Origin: Octopus bimaculoides
Lineage: Eukaryota
Direction of reading: 5' to 3'
Assembly (NCBI RefSeq): GCF_001194135.2
Contig: NC_068981.1
Location: 51,844,662-51,908,661 of the forward strand
DNA: 64,000 nt
The notes under the pieces were generated by a model. It was given only the letters and a program-made list of their open reading frames with translations, did no database searches and had not been told where the DNA came from. The position numbers and the translations under genes are program-made. Below, piece after piece: positions 51,014 to 63,810 of the stretch (position 1 is its first letter; each line of letters opens with the position of its first letter).

Positions 51014-51979
51014 GATGGCATTGTTATCATTATCATAATATTTCGATTCTGAGTGGTTGATCCAGTTATTGAATCTTCGATATTTTTGTTGGAGATTATG
51101 GTTGCTTTAAGTTAAAGAAGAGTACTTTTCGGTTTTTCTATGGTTATTTCTAGCTCTGCGTGTTGGCTGGGTTTCTTCATTTTTAATTCTATTTTGGTTA
51201 GATTAGATTTTGCTGCAATATTTGTCTTATCTCGGTTTTTGGGACCTTCGATAGTTATTCCCCTTCGATAGGTCGTATGATCTGTATGTGAGCTACTTCT
51301 AGTGGGGGTGTTTTTTTACCATTATTATTATTGATTTTCATGAAGTCTATCCCATACGTTTGTGGGTATTTCTCTAACAAATTAATTTGTTTCTTCAGCA
51401 TTTCGTTGGAGTTCTCCTCTTGTCTTTGTACTGCTCTCTTCCAAAGATCAAATATCTTGTCTCGTAATAGTCCTTCTGTTCTATCAGATAATTTGTTTAT
51501 ATATGAAGGAATCATAGCTTTCAAATTTCTCTTTGTGACGTACTGTGTGAAGTTTTAGTAAGTTGATCTCCATATCAAATTTTTGAAGTGCGAGATTTAA
51601 ACGAATCTGAGTTTCTTTACAATTTTCCCCTCTTCGTAAAATAAATGAAGAGAACGACCTTCTCCGGAAGGCAAAAGAAGAATATTTCATAAGATTTCTG
51701 AGTCCGAAACTAAACCAGAAATAGTCAATAACAATTTTTACTGAAAACAACTTCCACTATATACAATAACACGTGCTTAAAAACGTTAAGATCTGAAAGC
51801 GCTTGCACATCTATAAAAGCAAAGCCTACACACACTTTGTGAAATAACTTCCAAATAGTTAGTGTCTTTCGACTTTGTAAAAAGGTTTTTTTCTCAATCT
51901 TAACTCTTTGAGAAAAAATATTCTCTCCAAATNNNNNNNNNNNNNNNNNNNNNNNNNNNNNNNNNNNNNNNNNNNNNNN

Positions 51980-52013
<34 letters not shown>

Positions 52014-52374
52014 GTAACCAGATTATTTGATATGACTGTACAGCAATATTTATTATTTTGTTGGGAATCTTTCACTATTCATTCTCTACCCAAAATCAAT
52101 GCTGGTGGTTATACCTCTTTAGCGTGCACCAATTTTGTAAAATCTTTATTACCTGGTATATCCATCAACTGTCTTGTCAGTAAATAATTCGTGTATAACA
52201 GTTAATTAAGTATTGAAAGGTGCACTGGTAACTTTTTATCAACAATAGGGAGGTCATGTCCCATCACCTTCTTAAACCTTTTAAAGCCGTTTTTGCAATA
52301 GAAATTTATTTTTAGCCTGGTGTGGTATCCATTTTAATTCTTAAAGGGGATTATTATGTTGAAGACATTGCTCA

Positions 52375-52765
<391 letters not shown>

Positions 52766-53059
52766 GTCTCTGTCACAAGTACATAGCTCTCTTAAGGCTT
52801 TTCCGTAAAATATAAGTTTGACAGGTTGCTCCATTATGAATGTGACAATACTGAAATAATAATGATTTACAAAATAAACACGAGGTAGCAAATTATGGAG
52901 TGGAGAACGGAGTCCATTAGATCATCTCTGTAGTTAGGTTTGAACTCAGAACGTCAAGGGCAAAAATATAACGTTATACAATAATTTTAATCAGGTTCAA
53001 TGTTTAGTAAAATAAGCATTCAAACCACAGCCTCGAGAGAATCAGGATACACAACAACT

Positions 53060-53430
53060 AGGATTGCCTTTCACTCTGATCATCTTCTACAAACTCCAAT
53101 GAGACGTATCAGTGCAGAGTGACAAAATGAGCCAAGCAAACTGTCAGGATGTAATTAATGTATATACTCTGATACACATCTCGATTTCTTCTTACCAAAC
53201 ATTGTCGAAAGCCATTGAGAAATTGTGAAAGTACAAGGTTCTTGAAGTTTAAATATCTAAGATGTCGGCCATGAAGGTGAAAATACTAGAAACATCAACT
53301 GAGGCTCACGGTATGATTAAAAACATCAACAAAGTCATAAAAACTATAATGGGGCTCACAACGTTATATACAATCCCAATGATAATCCTACCAGGTACAG
53401 TCTGCATCGTTTACACAACAATTTGAGTTC
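53060..53430 (+). mobile_element. RLE-class (R4/Dong/NeSL-like) 3' end, restriction-like endonuclease domain
   Basis: SVQSDKMSQANCQDVI...LIHISI...EKL*KYKVLEV*ISKMSAMKVK...EAHGMIK...IMG...IPMIILPGT matches IQTD..I.ANRPD/LID..IP/EKL.KYKDL..EI.RMW/IGALG/IQK..LLGT. Confidence 0.7.
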
Positions 53431-53454
53431 AATAGCAGAACTTAACTATCATAG

Positions 53455-53620
53455 ATAAGTGGTGGAGTGTTGGAAAAAACAGTGGGAAATTGGCAGACCT
53501 TTTTTGAGAGCATTTTGAAAACATCAGACTATGCAGCACCGAATAGTTTCGACCTGTAACTCACCATTTCAATCCTAAAGGACAACATTGCTTGCATCTC
53601 TTTATCTCTAGTGTCATTTT
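53455..53620 (+). mobile_element. Penelope-like GIY-YIG endonuclease fragment
   Basis: VGKNSGKLADLF*EHFENIRL...RPVTHHFNPKGQH matches YVGET.R.L..RF.EH...IR....PVA.HFN..GH. Confidence 0.55.
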
Positions 53621-53889
53621 AGACCGCTTTCAGTTGGTACTATGAATAACGTGGACTCAGTCTGAATGAACAAATTGTCTCGCTTTCTTTGTTAACACTG
53701 CCTTCTCCAAAGACTAATAAGCGATTCCCTATGCATTTCTTACCTTTGTTTCTTACCACGCATAAACGTACACGTACAAATAACTTATCTTCCCTACTGT
53801 CCATCCACCCATTGAATTCGCACACACTCCCATGGCATTATGTTCCATTCATTACAACTACACAGTAGCAGATATTTTACCAATGTATG

Positions 53890-53936
<47 letters not shown>

Positions 53937-54089
53937 ACACACACGAACCTCACACAAGTAAGCACACGTAACTTGAGATATATATACGTACATACCTACA
54001 AACACACACACGCCGACACACGCGCGCACGCACACACATAAATATGTTCTCAATAAAACAAATATACACAACAAAAACAGATATCTTAC

Positions 54090-54855
54090 TGTTATCTCCC
54101 TTGACAGAACGTTGAACTCTCATATTTCTTTCTTACAACATGAAATTGATTACCTTGTACTCTTGTTTATTTTGACTGGAATTTTAATAACCTTATTGAA
54201 TGTCATTACTACTTTGATTCAGATTACCGCTCAATACCAAAGTGATGCTATCGCCTATGTATTAACTGCTTGGATTCTATTCCATTCAGTCAATTTTGAG
54301 CGCAACACCAACCTCAGTCTTCGGAAATACCTCATCCTCAGTTGCTCTTTCATTTTCTTTTCCATTATCTCGTTGCACTCTAGTACACCAAGGTATTTGT
54401 ATCCTTCCGTTTCAATCGGCTTAATCAAGTCTCTATTCGGTAATTCTATCCTTGCTAGGGACTGTACCTTTCCTCTTTTTAAATATATTATTCTGCACTT
54501 CTTGAGTCTAAATTCGATTCTAACATCAGTACTAAAACAGTGGACTCGTGTTCACCAGTGAAATCCCTTGTGTCTCATCTTTGCCATACAGTTTCAAATC
54601 ATCCATGAAGAGGGGGATGTTGATTATTTGGAATTTTCCTTTAACTGGTACCTCAGGTTCATTTTCCTAAGTACCAAGGTCAGGGGTATCATACAGAGAA
54701 AGAAAAACAACAGAGATAGGCTATCACCCAGGAAAACCCCTATTCTGATACCCAGGGCCCCCAGGCCTTTTCCGTAAGATGTCAGTTTAGTCTTCCATCT
54801 CACCATACCTCTCTTTAGGACACACGTTGCTTTCCTTGTAATTCCAAACAGATCT

Positions 54856-54857
<2 letters not shown>
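54090..54857 (-). mobile_element. RLE-class (R4/Dong/NeSL-like) RT fragment
   Basis: LDLFGI...MVRWKTKLTSYGKGLGALGIRIGVFLGDSLSLLFFFLCMIPLTLVLRK...FMDDLKLYGKDETQGISLVNT; catalytic MDD at ~54600. Confidence 0.88.
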
Positions 54858-54889
<32 letters not shown>

Positions 54890-54917
54890 TGTTGTAGTAG
54901 TAGTAGTAGTAGTAGTT

Positions 54918-54988
<71 letters not shown>
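54858..54988. repeat. (TAG)n microsatellite with GTT interruptions
   Basis: Directly visible. Confidence 0.97.
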
Positions 54989-54989
<1 letters not shown>

Positions 54990-55143
54990 TAAGATATAAC
55001 ATTATCAGTGTGAATTTCAGGAATTTTACCGCAAAATATTAGGTGTAACTTTTATAACTAAGAGAGTAAAGTCCAATGTAAGTTTTAACTTTTAGCCAAA
55101 CGTTACATGTATCATTTATCTAAAACTGAACAGCAATTATCGG

Positions 55144-55189
<46 letters not shown>

Positions 55190-55527
55190 GCATATATATG
55201 TATTAAATCTTCAACATCTTTTCTCAAGACTTGTTCGACTTTGTATCTTCATCTTCAACATTCTTGCTTCAATTCAAACAGGCAGTGAAGAGGCTTATTG
55301 ATGTCTGACGTCAAATACTTCGAAGTACAGCACTATTGAATTTTTCGCTTTTTTTTTTTTTTTTTTTTTCTTTCGAAAATATTCCTACAAATTCAAGAAT
55401 AAAACACCGAAAACTATATTAAGACTCTCGCTAATGTTAGAGGTATTCATCAAAGATTATTTTGATTCAAAATATAAATCCTGTTCTCCATAAAGCTTAG
55501 CAATTGACGAATAGAACACGTTCATAC

Positions 55528-55741
55528 ACGCTTTATCGCAATGATACATTGAGGTATGCCATTTTGTGTCAGGTGATCATTAATTTTTATATTTGTAGCA
55601 TTAGAGAATTGTACTCCGGCAAGGCTAGGTAGGGCAGACAGTTGATACCTATTTAGGACAGGAAGATGAAAACAAACCTGCTCATGGGTATAAATGTTGA
55701 ATGCTCGAAACGTTATCATTTTGGACACTTTTTTCTGTTTC
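55528..55741 (-). CDS. Candidate 214-nt coding exon, unknown protein (KQKKVSKMITFRAFNIYTHEQVCFHLPVLNRYQLSALPSLAGVQFSNATNIKINDHLTQNGIPQCIIAIKR)
   Basis: ttatttttactgtgccaag| acceptor, 71 open codons, CGT|GTATGA donor; internal alternative donor (CAG|GTTTGT) and acceptor (ctaaatag|). Confidence 0.4.
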
Positions 55742-57250
55742 CTTGGCACAGTAAAAATAAACTGACATTCGTATACTAGCATTAAGCACACAGAAGCATT
55801 TTCTGAATTAGTCATGGTTGTGTTAAAACACAACATATATAAAAATAATTTGGTGCGTCTAGACACAGTACAGTGTCAGTGGTTTTTTTCATGAAACGTG
55901 TCTATGTTTTTTCTCGATTATTTTCCAGTTATTTATATTTATGCCAATAATGTTCTTCAGCATTTTATTTCTCCTCCCTAAAAGAAAAATCATCCATGGG
56001 GTATTGCGCTTATAGAAGCAAGTCAGTGTGAGTTTATATGTTCTTGAGAGAGAAAATAGTATGTATAAATCTTTATTAGATATTATATAAATGTCTGTTT
56101 ATTAAGTATATGTTTACATATCTATACGTGCGTGCGTAATTATATAGTATAATATCATTAAAAGAATGAATATGCGTGCTCTTTAATGTGCTTTTTATAT
56201 ATTTTTAATTATATATGTATATATAAATGTGTGTGAGCATGTACGTGTGCATATTCCCAAATGTATAGTCTTTTATTTATTTATTTACTTTGGGCAATCA
56301 CACACGACCCATCACTCTGAATAGCTGAATAATTGAAATAAGAATGAATCTAACATGCCTGTTTGTCTGTAGATTTTACCCTTCCTTCTAATACGCTTTA
56401 AATAACATATTATTGCATCTTATCTTCGGATTTTTCTCCTTTGGGATAGTCCATTGTGTATTTGTAAAATACTTCATATAAAAAAAGATTTCAATGTAGT
56501 GAGCGAGAAACAGTTGAACAGAGAGTCACACAGATAGAGAGACAAGCAGGGAAATAGAGAAGTAGAGAGAGCTTCCAAGAATAAATGGTTTTTATTCCAT
56601 TTGTCACAAAACCATAAATAGTTTTATTCAATATGTGATGCGGTATAAATAACTTCATTCAAAAGCTCCTAACACAAATATTCTCTCAGGGTCGGTATTA
56701 TGAGGCAACTTCTAAATATCCCAATAGAAATTATTAGAATCTTCATTGCAGAAAAAGTCGACAACAAACAGCAAACAATACATTCTCAGAGAAATATACA
56801 TAAACAGACAGTTACTTTAATGACAAACATCGCCATTACAAATTCTGTCCAGAGACTTTGGTAGAATCATTAATAAAATAAAATAAAAGTTATTTAGTGA
56901 AAACTAAATTATCATGTGTGTGCACACACGCATGTTGATTTCTGCGAATACAGAAGAGAGTGAGGAAAATTTGATGAGAAAATAAGTAGGGTGAGTACAG
57001 AATGATAGAGAGAGGACATCAAGTGAAAGACAAAGAGAAAACAGAAAGAAAACCATTAGAAAATAATTAAAATGAATAAAAGAAAGAATTTAAAAGACAG
57101 TAGTACAAGACGCCATGTCTACAATGATGATAAAATGAAGTTTAATAGAAAAAGGTGCTGATGTTATCAGTTAAAAGAATTGGCTTAAAAGTTAATAGTT
57201 TTAGAATATCAGCCTCCAAAATCATATTTCCATAACCAACACTCTTACAG

Positions 57251-57311
57251 ACATTTATGAACCAATAACAAATATTATGGGTATATTCGACTATACTAAT
57301 AATTCCGTTAG
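57251..57311 (+). CDS. Candidate 61-nt coding exon (IYEPITNIMGIFDYTNNSV)
   Basis: actcttacag| acceptor, consensus TAG|GTGAGT donor, open frame. Confidence 0.35.
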
Positions 57312-58067
57312 GTGAGTATTTATGTAATAACATTTTTAAAACCACTTTTTACCTAATCATTTGACAGAATATTAACAGTAATAATAACCATATTAATAAT
57401 GCATAAACTAAGAATATCTTCAATTGCGCCGAGTACACTTTCTAATTTCAGTGAAAAGCGTCCAGACGGTTTGCAACTATTTATAAGCATTTTACTTGAA
57501 CAATAACCCACTAGGTAAACGAACTGACGGAGGAGACTCTATATAGCATATGATGGAAGTAGCAGCTAAATACTCCAGAAATTTCGCTCTACCGTATTGA
57601 AAATGAGGCGGTATTTCTGAAAATAAATCTTGGTTGCTGCAGCCGGAACGCGTTTGGTTGTAAGATTCCTAGATCAGAGATACTGTGGGACTAAGCAACA
57701 ATAGAAGTTTAGATTATGTTTTGTTATCACAAAGTACATGACTGTACATTAGTATATATATATCATAGGTTTTCCATGTCCTCTATTATAAGAGCCGTGT
57801 TACCCACCGCTCGTCATACGCGCAGATCATGACGGTTTTCAATTAATTAATTTTTATTATCTTTTTCATCACACCACTTCCTGATACTCAGAGTAGTGTT
57901 AGAACGAGCGAAGGATTAAGTTTATCACCCAAGTAGACCGTAAAGATTTTAACTCAACAGAACCGATTGGATGAAAGACAAAAATTTACTCATTACAAAT
58001 TTTTACTCATTACAAATACTTCCTGGACTTCTATCCGTGCGTACCTCTGCCAATATACCGTCAAAAG

Positions 58068-58472
58068 AAGGTGTCGAGCTGGCAGAAACGTTAGCACGCC
58101 GGGGCGAAATGCTTCGCGGTATTTCGTCTGTTTTTACGTTCTGAGTTCAAATTCCGCCGAGGTCGACTTTGCCTTTCATCCTTTCGGGATGAAATACCGA
58201 CGAAATACCGCTAAGCATTTCGCTCGGCGTGCTAACGTTTCTTATTTCATTATTGCCCACAAGGGGCTAAACGGAGAGGGGACAAACAAGGACAGACAAA
58301 GGGATTAAGTCGATTACATCGACCCCAGTGCGTAACTGGTACTTAATTTATAGACCCCGAAAGGATGAAAGGCAAAGTCGACCTCGGCGGAATTTGAACT
58401 CAGAACGTAACGGCAGGCGAAATACCGCTAAGCATTTCGCCCGGCGCTAACGTTTCTGCCAGCTCGCAGCCT
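58068..58472. mobile_element. Composite of young family A SINEs: + partial (58068-58190), - head fragment (58191-58241), - full copy (58242-58472)
   Basis: Near-consensus sequence; arms directly complementary. Confidence 0.9.
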
Positions 58473-58939
58473 TGTCAAACACAAATATTACTAACAAACA
58501 CGGACATATTTAGAAGTATGAGAGTTTTAATATGGTTGCATGGTCTGCTAAAAATAGCGGTAAAATCTCCTTTAAATCCGCCACATTGACACATCTTATT
58601 CATGAAAACGAAGCCTTAATTATACAAAGTGCTACTGTATAAAGTTCAATAAGTATTTTAGATATAAAATGTATATATTTATAAGAACAATGCAATACAA
58701 TAACAGGAAAAGTCATTTTTGCCATGTATTTCACACAAAAAGAAATCTCTATTATTAAAATTTTATTAATTATAGTTAAAAATATTTCAAACGTAATAAG
58801 AACATCATCAATATTCATTTGCTAAATTAAATGTTTATAGAAAAATCATTATTTTTTTAAGCAACACTGTACTATTTCTAAAATAAAAATAAAAAATTTA
58901 TCATGTTATTTGTAACCAGAACATGCAGAGCAAGAGGTA

Positions 58940-61833
58940 TAATTAGATTTCATAATTTTTATTTTTATTTCTCTCAATTGCTATTTGATCAAACATGTTT
59001 TATACAACGACTGAAGAAATATGAACGAGCAATGCACAATGTCTCACAGAGAAGCCACAAAAATACAGCAACAAGCAAGAAGGCAAGAAATGAACGAGGA
59101 CAGAAAGAGAAAATCAAATATAAATGCATGCAGCTCGACGAAGACAAACAGAGGAAAGATTTCTCAGGGGCATCGTGAATGCAGTTTGGGCTCAAAATGT
59201 GATGCATCATAGACAGGTAAGAGAACAACTTTCTTAAGATCAACATAAACAGATTTTAGAACAAGATACTGAGCAGCAGCATCAAGCAGACCGTCGACGT
59301 TTGCATGAAGACAGCAATTTTGTAACTCAAAAGAGAATTTCCAAAATTAACAAGCAAGAATATTAATGTTGCAAAACAGAGTAACATAGACTCAATGGTA
59401 GAATTTGTCAATAGGACCCATTATAGTTATGGTGTTGGTTAATGGATCTGAATTGCTGTCATTATAAAGCACTAATGTTCAAGAGCGGATGCACTGATTG
59501 ACCAATCCTGATTTTGATAATTGTTGTAAATCTTCTTTGCCAGATTTACCTGACGAGCGTCATCAGTTGTTCATACTTGAGTCACTAGAAGCAAAATATT
59601 TCAGAAAAAAAAGCACACGAAGGTGAAATAATGTTATGGTTATGAAATAACATGAACGCAAACGGTGCTACAGTTGCTCGAAACCTTTCTACTTATATAT
59701 TTCGTGAATATTTTTAAAGATACTTTGGATCACCAAATGCTGGTGCTGATATGTCATCCTGTCTGCGAGCTTATCTTTACAATTCTGAAGAACAAATTCG
59801 ACAGCAGAATATACAGGGATAGCTACAGATAATGGAAGAAAAAATAATGATGCTGTTATTTTCCATATTCTTCATTCTGCGATCGATTCAGCTCACAACA
59901 CTTATTTGCAATCATTCTTGTCTGTTTAAGAACAATAAATTGATGCTGGCACAACACCAAGAAATGTTTTTATTTGATATATCCTGACAATAAAATGCTT
60001 CATAGCAAACACTCCAGAGGGAACAACTTACCTGCATGTGACAAGGTTTCTGTATTGCTGTCTATTAAGAACGAGGAAACATTAAACTGGTAGAATGCTG
60101 GTTAGCAACAATTAGCAACATCTACAAATAATTAGGGACTCACATTGAGCCTATGATATCATGATATATGCATGACTTTTCGTTTTGTTTTTGCTTTGTT
60201 TCGTTTTACCTGATGGTTTTGATGAATGGCTTTGACGAAATCGTAGAAGCAATAGAAAAACGACACGTCGACAACTTTAGCCTTTTCGGATAATGAAGAA
60301 AGATGAATCGGGTAATATATTGCATCGAGAACACCTACAGTTTTCTGTAGATCAATGTGCCGAAGTCCAGTCAGCTCGCATCAGAGATATTCGAATCAAT
60401 CAACAGGCCCTACAAGCAGACCTAGAAACTTGTCTGCCAGCTGCAATCATTACGAGCGATGCTGATTAGACTGAAGATGATATGTACTTCCAAAACACAT
60501 TTACAGGCAGGAAAATGTCACCAATTTAGAGTCTGTATTTCCAGACAAATCTCTCTCCCAATAAATTGAACAGTATTGATTTTGCTGCATTCAATCGGTT
60601 ATATCACTATGCAGTTTTGTTGCTGATACTGGGCACAGGAAGGATGCCAAATATTATTAATATCGACAAACATTCCCCAGATGCCATTGCGATTCCAGTC
60701 TTCGTAAACAACGAATTTCAAAGAAAATTTAGTTCAACTTGTTTATACCCATCTAGCAAAGGATTATGAAAATGGGCAATGGATTCTTTAGTTTATTAAC
60801 CCTGTCAGTTCGTTGTTAGACAATGTTAATCAACTAAACGATGAAATTATGAATAATCTTCCTGGAAATGTGATTACTCCATTATCTGACAGAATATCCC
60901 ACCACAATGGTACTCGACACATGGTCTACAACGTTACCGACTATTTGCTGACCGTTAATAAACTAAGTGAAGTTGACGCCGAGGACGTTGTACTCGGATT
61001 TCTCTTCAATCTGCATGATACCGATTTCATTCAAAGATCCTTTGTATTTAAACTGAATATATTTTATATTCGAGGTAGCATTGTAAATGGACAAACAATA
61101 TAAATTTTAAAATATGCCTTTTGCCGTCAACAATGGACGATTATTGAACTAGTTGGACTGTTTTTACAGACTTCTTTTTCTGTTAGTGAACACTACTTTC
61201 TTACACATGCAATAATTAATGTATACTTTTATGTAATTTGTGAAATTACGTGAGCACGGTTACTAAGAACTAAATAAATGAAATAAAAGTAGTTAATGCA
61301 TCAAATCTTAGAAAGGTTCTGAAAATGCGCCAACTGCTTTAAGGAGTGAATACTATTGCAAGGAAGAAAGACTGTCGCATCTAATAAGAGACAAGAGCTT
61401 CCAGTTACTATAAAAACCATAGACCTGAATTGTGTTCTGCACTGAATAAAGTGTTCCTAGTGAAGCGTTATTGTCTTGTGAGTCTATTACCACACCTTTT
61501 ATTCAGAGCAAAATTAAAGAAAGGCAAGAATCTATTGATGTTACTTTTATTGATGAAGCTGAAAGTTACATCGATGCCAGTAATACATTTCTTGTCATTG
61601 TTATTGAAAGGTTAAATTTTATAACATTAATGGCAAGTAACCAGTGTACACCTGCGGGGATAATTATATCTGAAAGTAAAATAGTTGTGGTTAGGCATGA
61701 ATGCCTGGTGATGTTGTATTACGTTGGTGGCAACACAGAAATAAGTATCAGCAATAAATAAATAACAAATAATATAGTCGTCACTAATATCCACTTAGAT
61801 ACCCGTAAGGTTCATTCAGTATAAAGGATCTAG
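58940..61833 (+). mobile_element. Helitron remnant (Rep N-terminal region, large internal deletion, PIF1 helicase C-terminal part, possible CTAG terminus)
   Basis: MDLNCCHYKALMFK..PDFDNCCKSSLPDLP..LFILESLEAKYFRK (~59440-59610); NNLPACDKVSVL; QFSVDQCAEVQSARIRDIRINQQALQADL (~60340-60425); LLILGTG; NVNQLNDEIMNNLPG; AF...TIIELVGLFL (~61115-61170); CTAG|T at 61830-61834. Confidence 0.78.
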
Positions 61834-62432
61834 TATATTTATGTAAAAAGAAACTGATTTTATGTTCAATAAAAACAGATGGGTCTGCTACTTATAAAAT
61901 CGAGATCTGAAACCAAAAGTTGACAACAGTTAAATAATCGATTAAGGACAAAATAAAATAAAGACATTGGCAAAAGTATCTGAAAGCACTTAACGTCTAA
62001 GAAGTGGCCATTGAGTCATACACTCTGCAGCAATATCTTTATGGTTAGCACTTCGAAAGCACAGTCTTCTCATATAACCAACCAGACAGATAAATCACTT
62101 TTGCTTTATTCAATGATATATTAGAAATAATTTTTTAAGAAACTGTCGTCTTTAGGAGAAGATTTATATATTACGATGAGTCCTGCGTTGCAAATCTTAA
62201 TGACTTTCTCAATGGTACGATCATTGTTGTTTACAGTTACGTATTTTACGATAGCAATTCAATATATGTATATATATATAAGCTTCCTTTGGCACCAGCA
62301 AATACCCACGCATAAATACATGCCTATTCACACATACACGAACAAGCACATATGTATATATGTGCGTGTGTGTGTTTATACATATATATATATATGTGTG
62401 TGTGTGTGTGTATATATATAAATATATATATA

Positions 62433-62466
<34 letters not shown>

Positions 62467-63360
62467 NNNNNNNNNNNNNNNNNNNNNNNNNNNNNNNNNN
62501 NNNNNNNNNNNNNNNNNNNNNNNNNNNNNNNNNNNNNNNNNNNNNNNNNNNNNNNNNNNNNNNNNNNNNNNNNNNNNNNNNNNNNNNNNNNNNNNNNNNN
62601 NNNNNNNNNNNNNNNNNNNNNNNNNNNNNNNNNNNNNNNNNNNNNNNNNNNNNNNNNNNNNNNNNNNNNNNNNNNNNNNNNNNNNNNNNNNNNNNNNNNN
62701 NNNNNNNNNNNNNNNNNNNNNNNNNNNNNNNNNNNNNNNNNNNNNNNNNNNNNNNNNNNNNNNNNNNNNNNNNNNNNNNNNNNNNNNNNNNNNNNNNNNN
62801 NNNNNNNNNNNNNNNNNNNNNNNNNNNNNNNNNNNNNNNNNNNNNNNNNNNNNNNNNNNNNNNNNNNNNNNNNNNNNNNNNNNNNNNNNNNNNNNNNNNN
62901 NNNNNNNNNNNNNNNNNNNNNNNNNNNNNNNNNNNNNNNNNNNNNNNNNNNNNNNNNNNNNNNNNNNNNNNNNNNNNNNNNNNNNNNNNNNNNNNNNNNN
63001 NNNNNNNNNNNNNNNNNNNNNNNNNNNNNNNNNNNNNNNNNNNNNNNNNNNNNNNNNNNNNNNNNNNNNNNNNNNNNNNNNNNNNNNNNNNNNNNNNNNN
63101 NNNNNNNNNNNNNNNNNNNNNNNNNNNNNNNNNNNNNNNNNNNNNNNNNNNNNNNNNNNNNNNNNNNNNNNNNNNNNNNNNNNNNNNNNNNNNNNNNNNN
63201 NNNNNNNNNNNNNNNNNNNNNNNNNNNNNNNNNNNNNNNNNNNNNNNNNNNNNNNNNNNNNNNNNNNNNNNNNNNNNNNNNNNNNNNNNNNNNNNNNNNN
63301 NNNNNNNNNNNNNNNNNNNNNNNNNNNNNNNNNNNNNNNNNNNNNNNNNNNNNNNNNNNN
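62467..63360. other. Largest assembly gap; others at 330-354, 14013-14271, 23278-23301, 24927-24959, 29542-30048, 39980-40016, 40424-41139, 48787-48850, 51933-51979
   Basis: N-runs, almost all flanked by (AT)n, (CA)n or (CT)n. Confidence 0.99.
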
Positions 63361-63365
63361 ATATA

Positions 63366-63810
63366 TACGGGGTCGTGCCAAAGTTTGGACCCATAAGCAA
63401 TTTATTATATAACAATTTACAGTTTACAATAAGCGTTCGAACTGATTTCCACCTTCTTCCAAACACTTTCTTACTCGGGAGACACATGATCTTTGCACAT
63501 TTCTGAGCATAGAGTTATTCCCTTTTATAGTTTCAATTTCTTGTGTGATGTTATCTTTTAGTGCTTGTAACGTGTGTTAGCATAAACTACTGATTTAAGA
63601 TGTCCCCCATAAGAAAAAAATCAAAAGGACTCAAATACGGAGATCTTGGTGACCATTCAACCGCTCCTCGACGTGCATTCCATTTTCTTGGAAATGTATT
63701 GCTCAAAAAACTGCGCATGTATAACGTGGTGGAGCCCTATGTTGTTGAAACCACATATCTGTTCGAATTGCTAATTGTACGTCATCTGGGCAAGGCATAA
63801 TGAATGTTTT
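63366..63810 (-). mobile_element. Tc1/mariner (rosa/DD41D-like) transposase C-terminus and TIR
   Basis: Minus translation DMWFQQHRAPP...FPRKWNARRGAVEWSPRSPYLSPFDFF.WGHLKSVVY...RVRKCLEEGGNQFERLL*; TA plus cggggtcgtgccaaagtttggaccc end at ~63366. Confidence 0.82.

Larger units (their letters stand above)
48914..51932 (-). mobile_element. Penelope-like retroelement: RT ORF broken by frameshifts, most of GIY-YIG missing, inverted terminal repeat
   Basis: LLKYGVKFTPTP..DTEEFCRKLRLKDFF; IIIKEADKEGAIVIMD; FYGLPKIHK (~50250-50280); SFIRDDMDFL..VSFEVVRLYTNIPH..GTAMGTRVAPTLATLVM; WKRYLDDCFIFW..FPFLDI. 48942-49265 is mirrored at 51619-51932. Confidence 0.92.

Noticed and set aside
54112-54561. 149-aa hydrophobic plus-strand ORF resembling a membrane protein
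   Set aside because: It is the antisense of an RLE-class RT that is clearly coded on the minus strand (FMDDLKLY).
54787-55002. Poly-Leu ORF resembling a signal or transmembrane segment
   Set aside because: Translation of the (TAG)n microsatellite.
62221-63487. The longest ORFs in the track (350-387 aa; also 29348-30186 and 40305-41171)
   Set aside because: They are open only because they span N-gaps.
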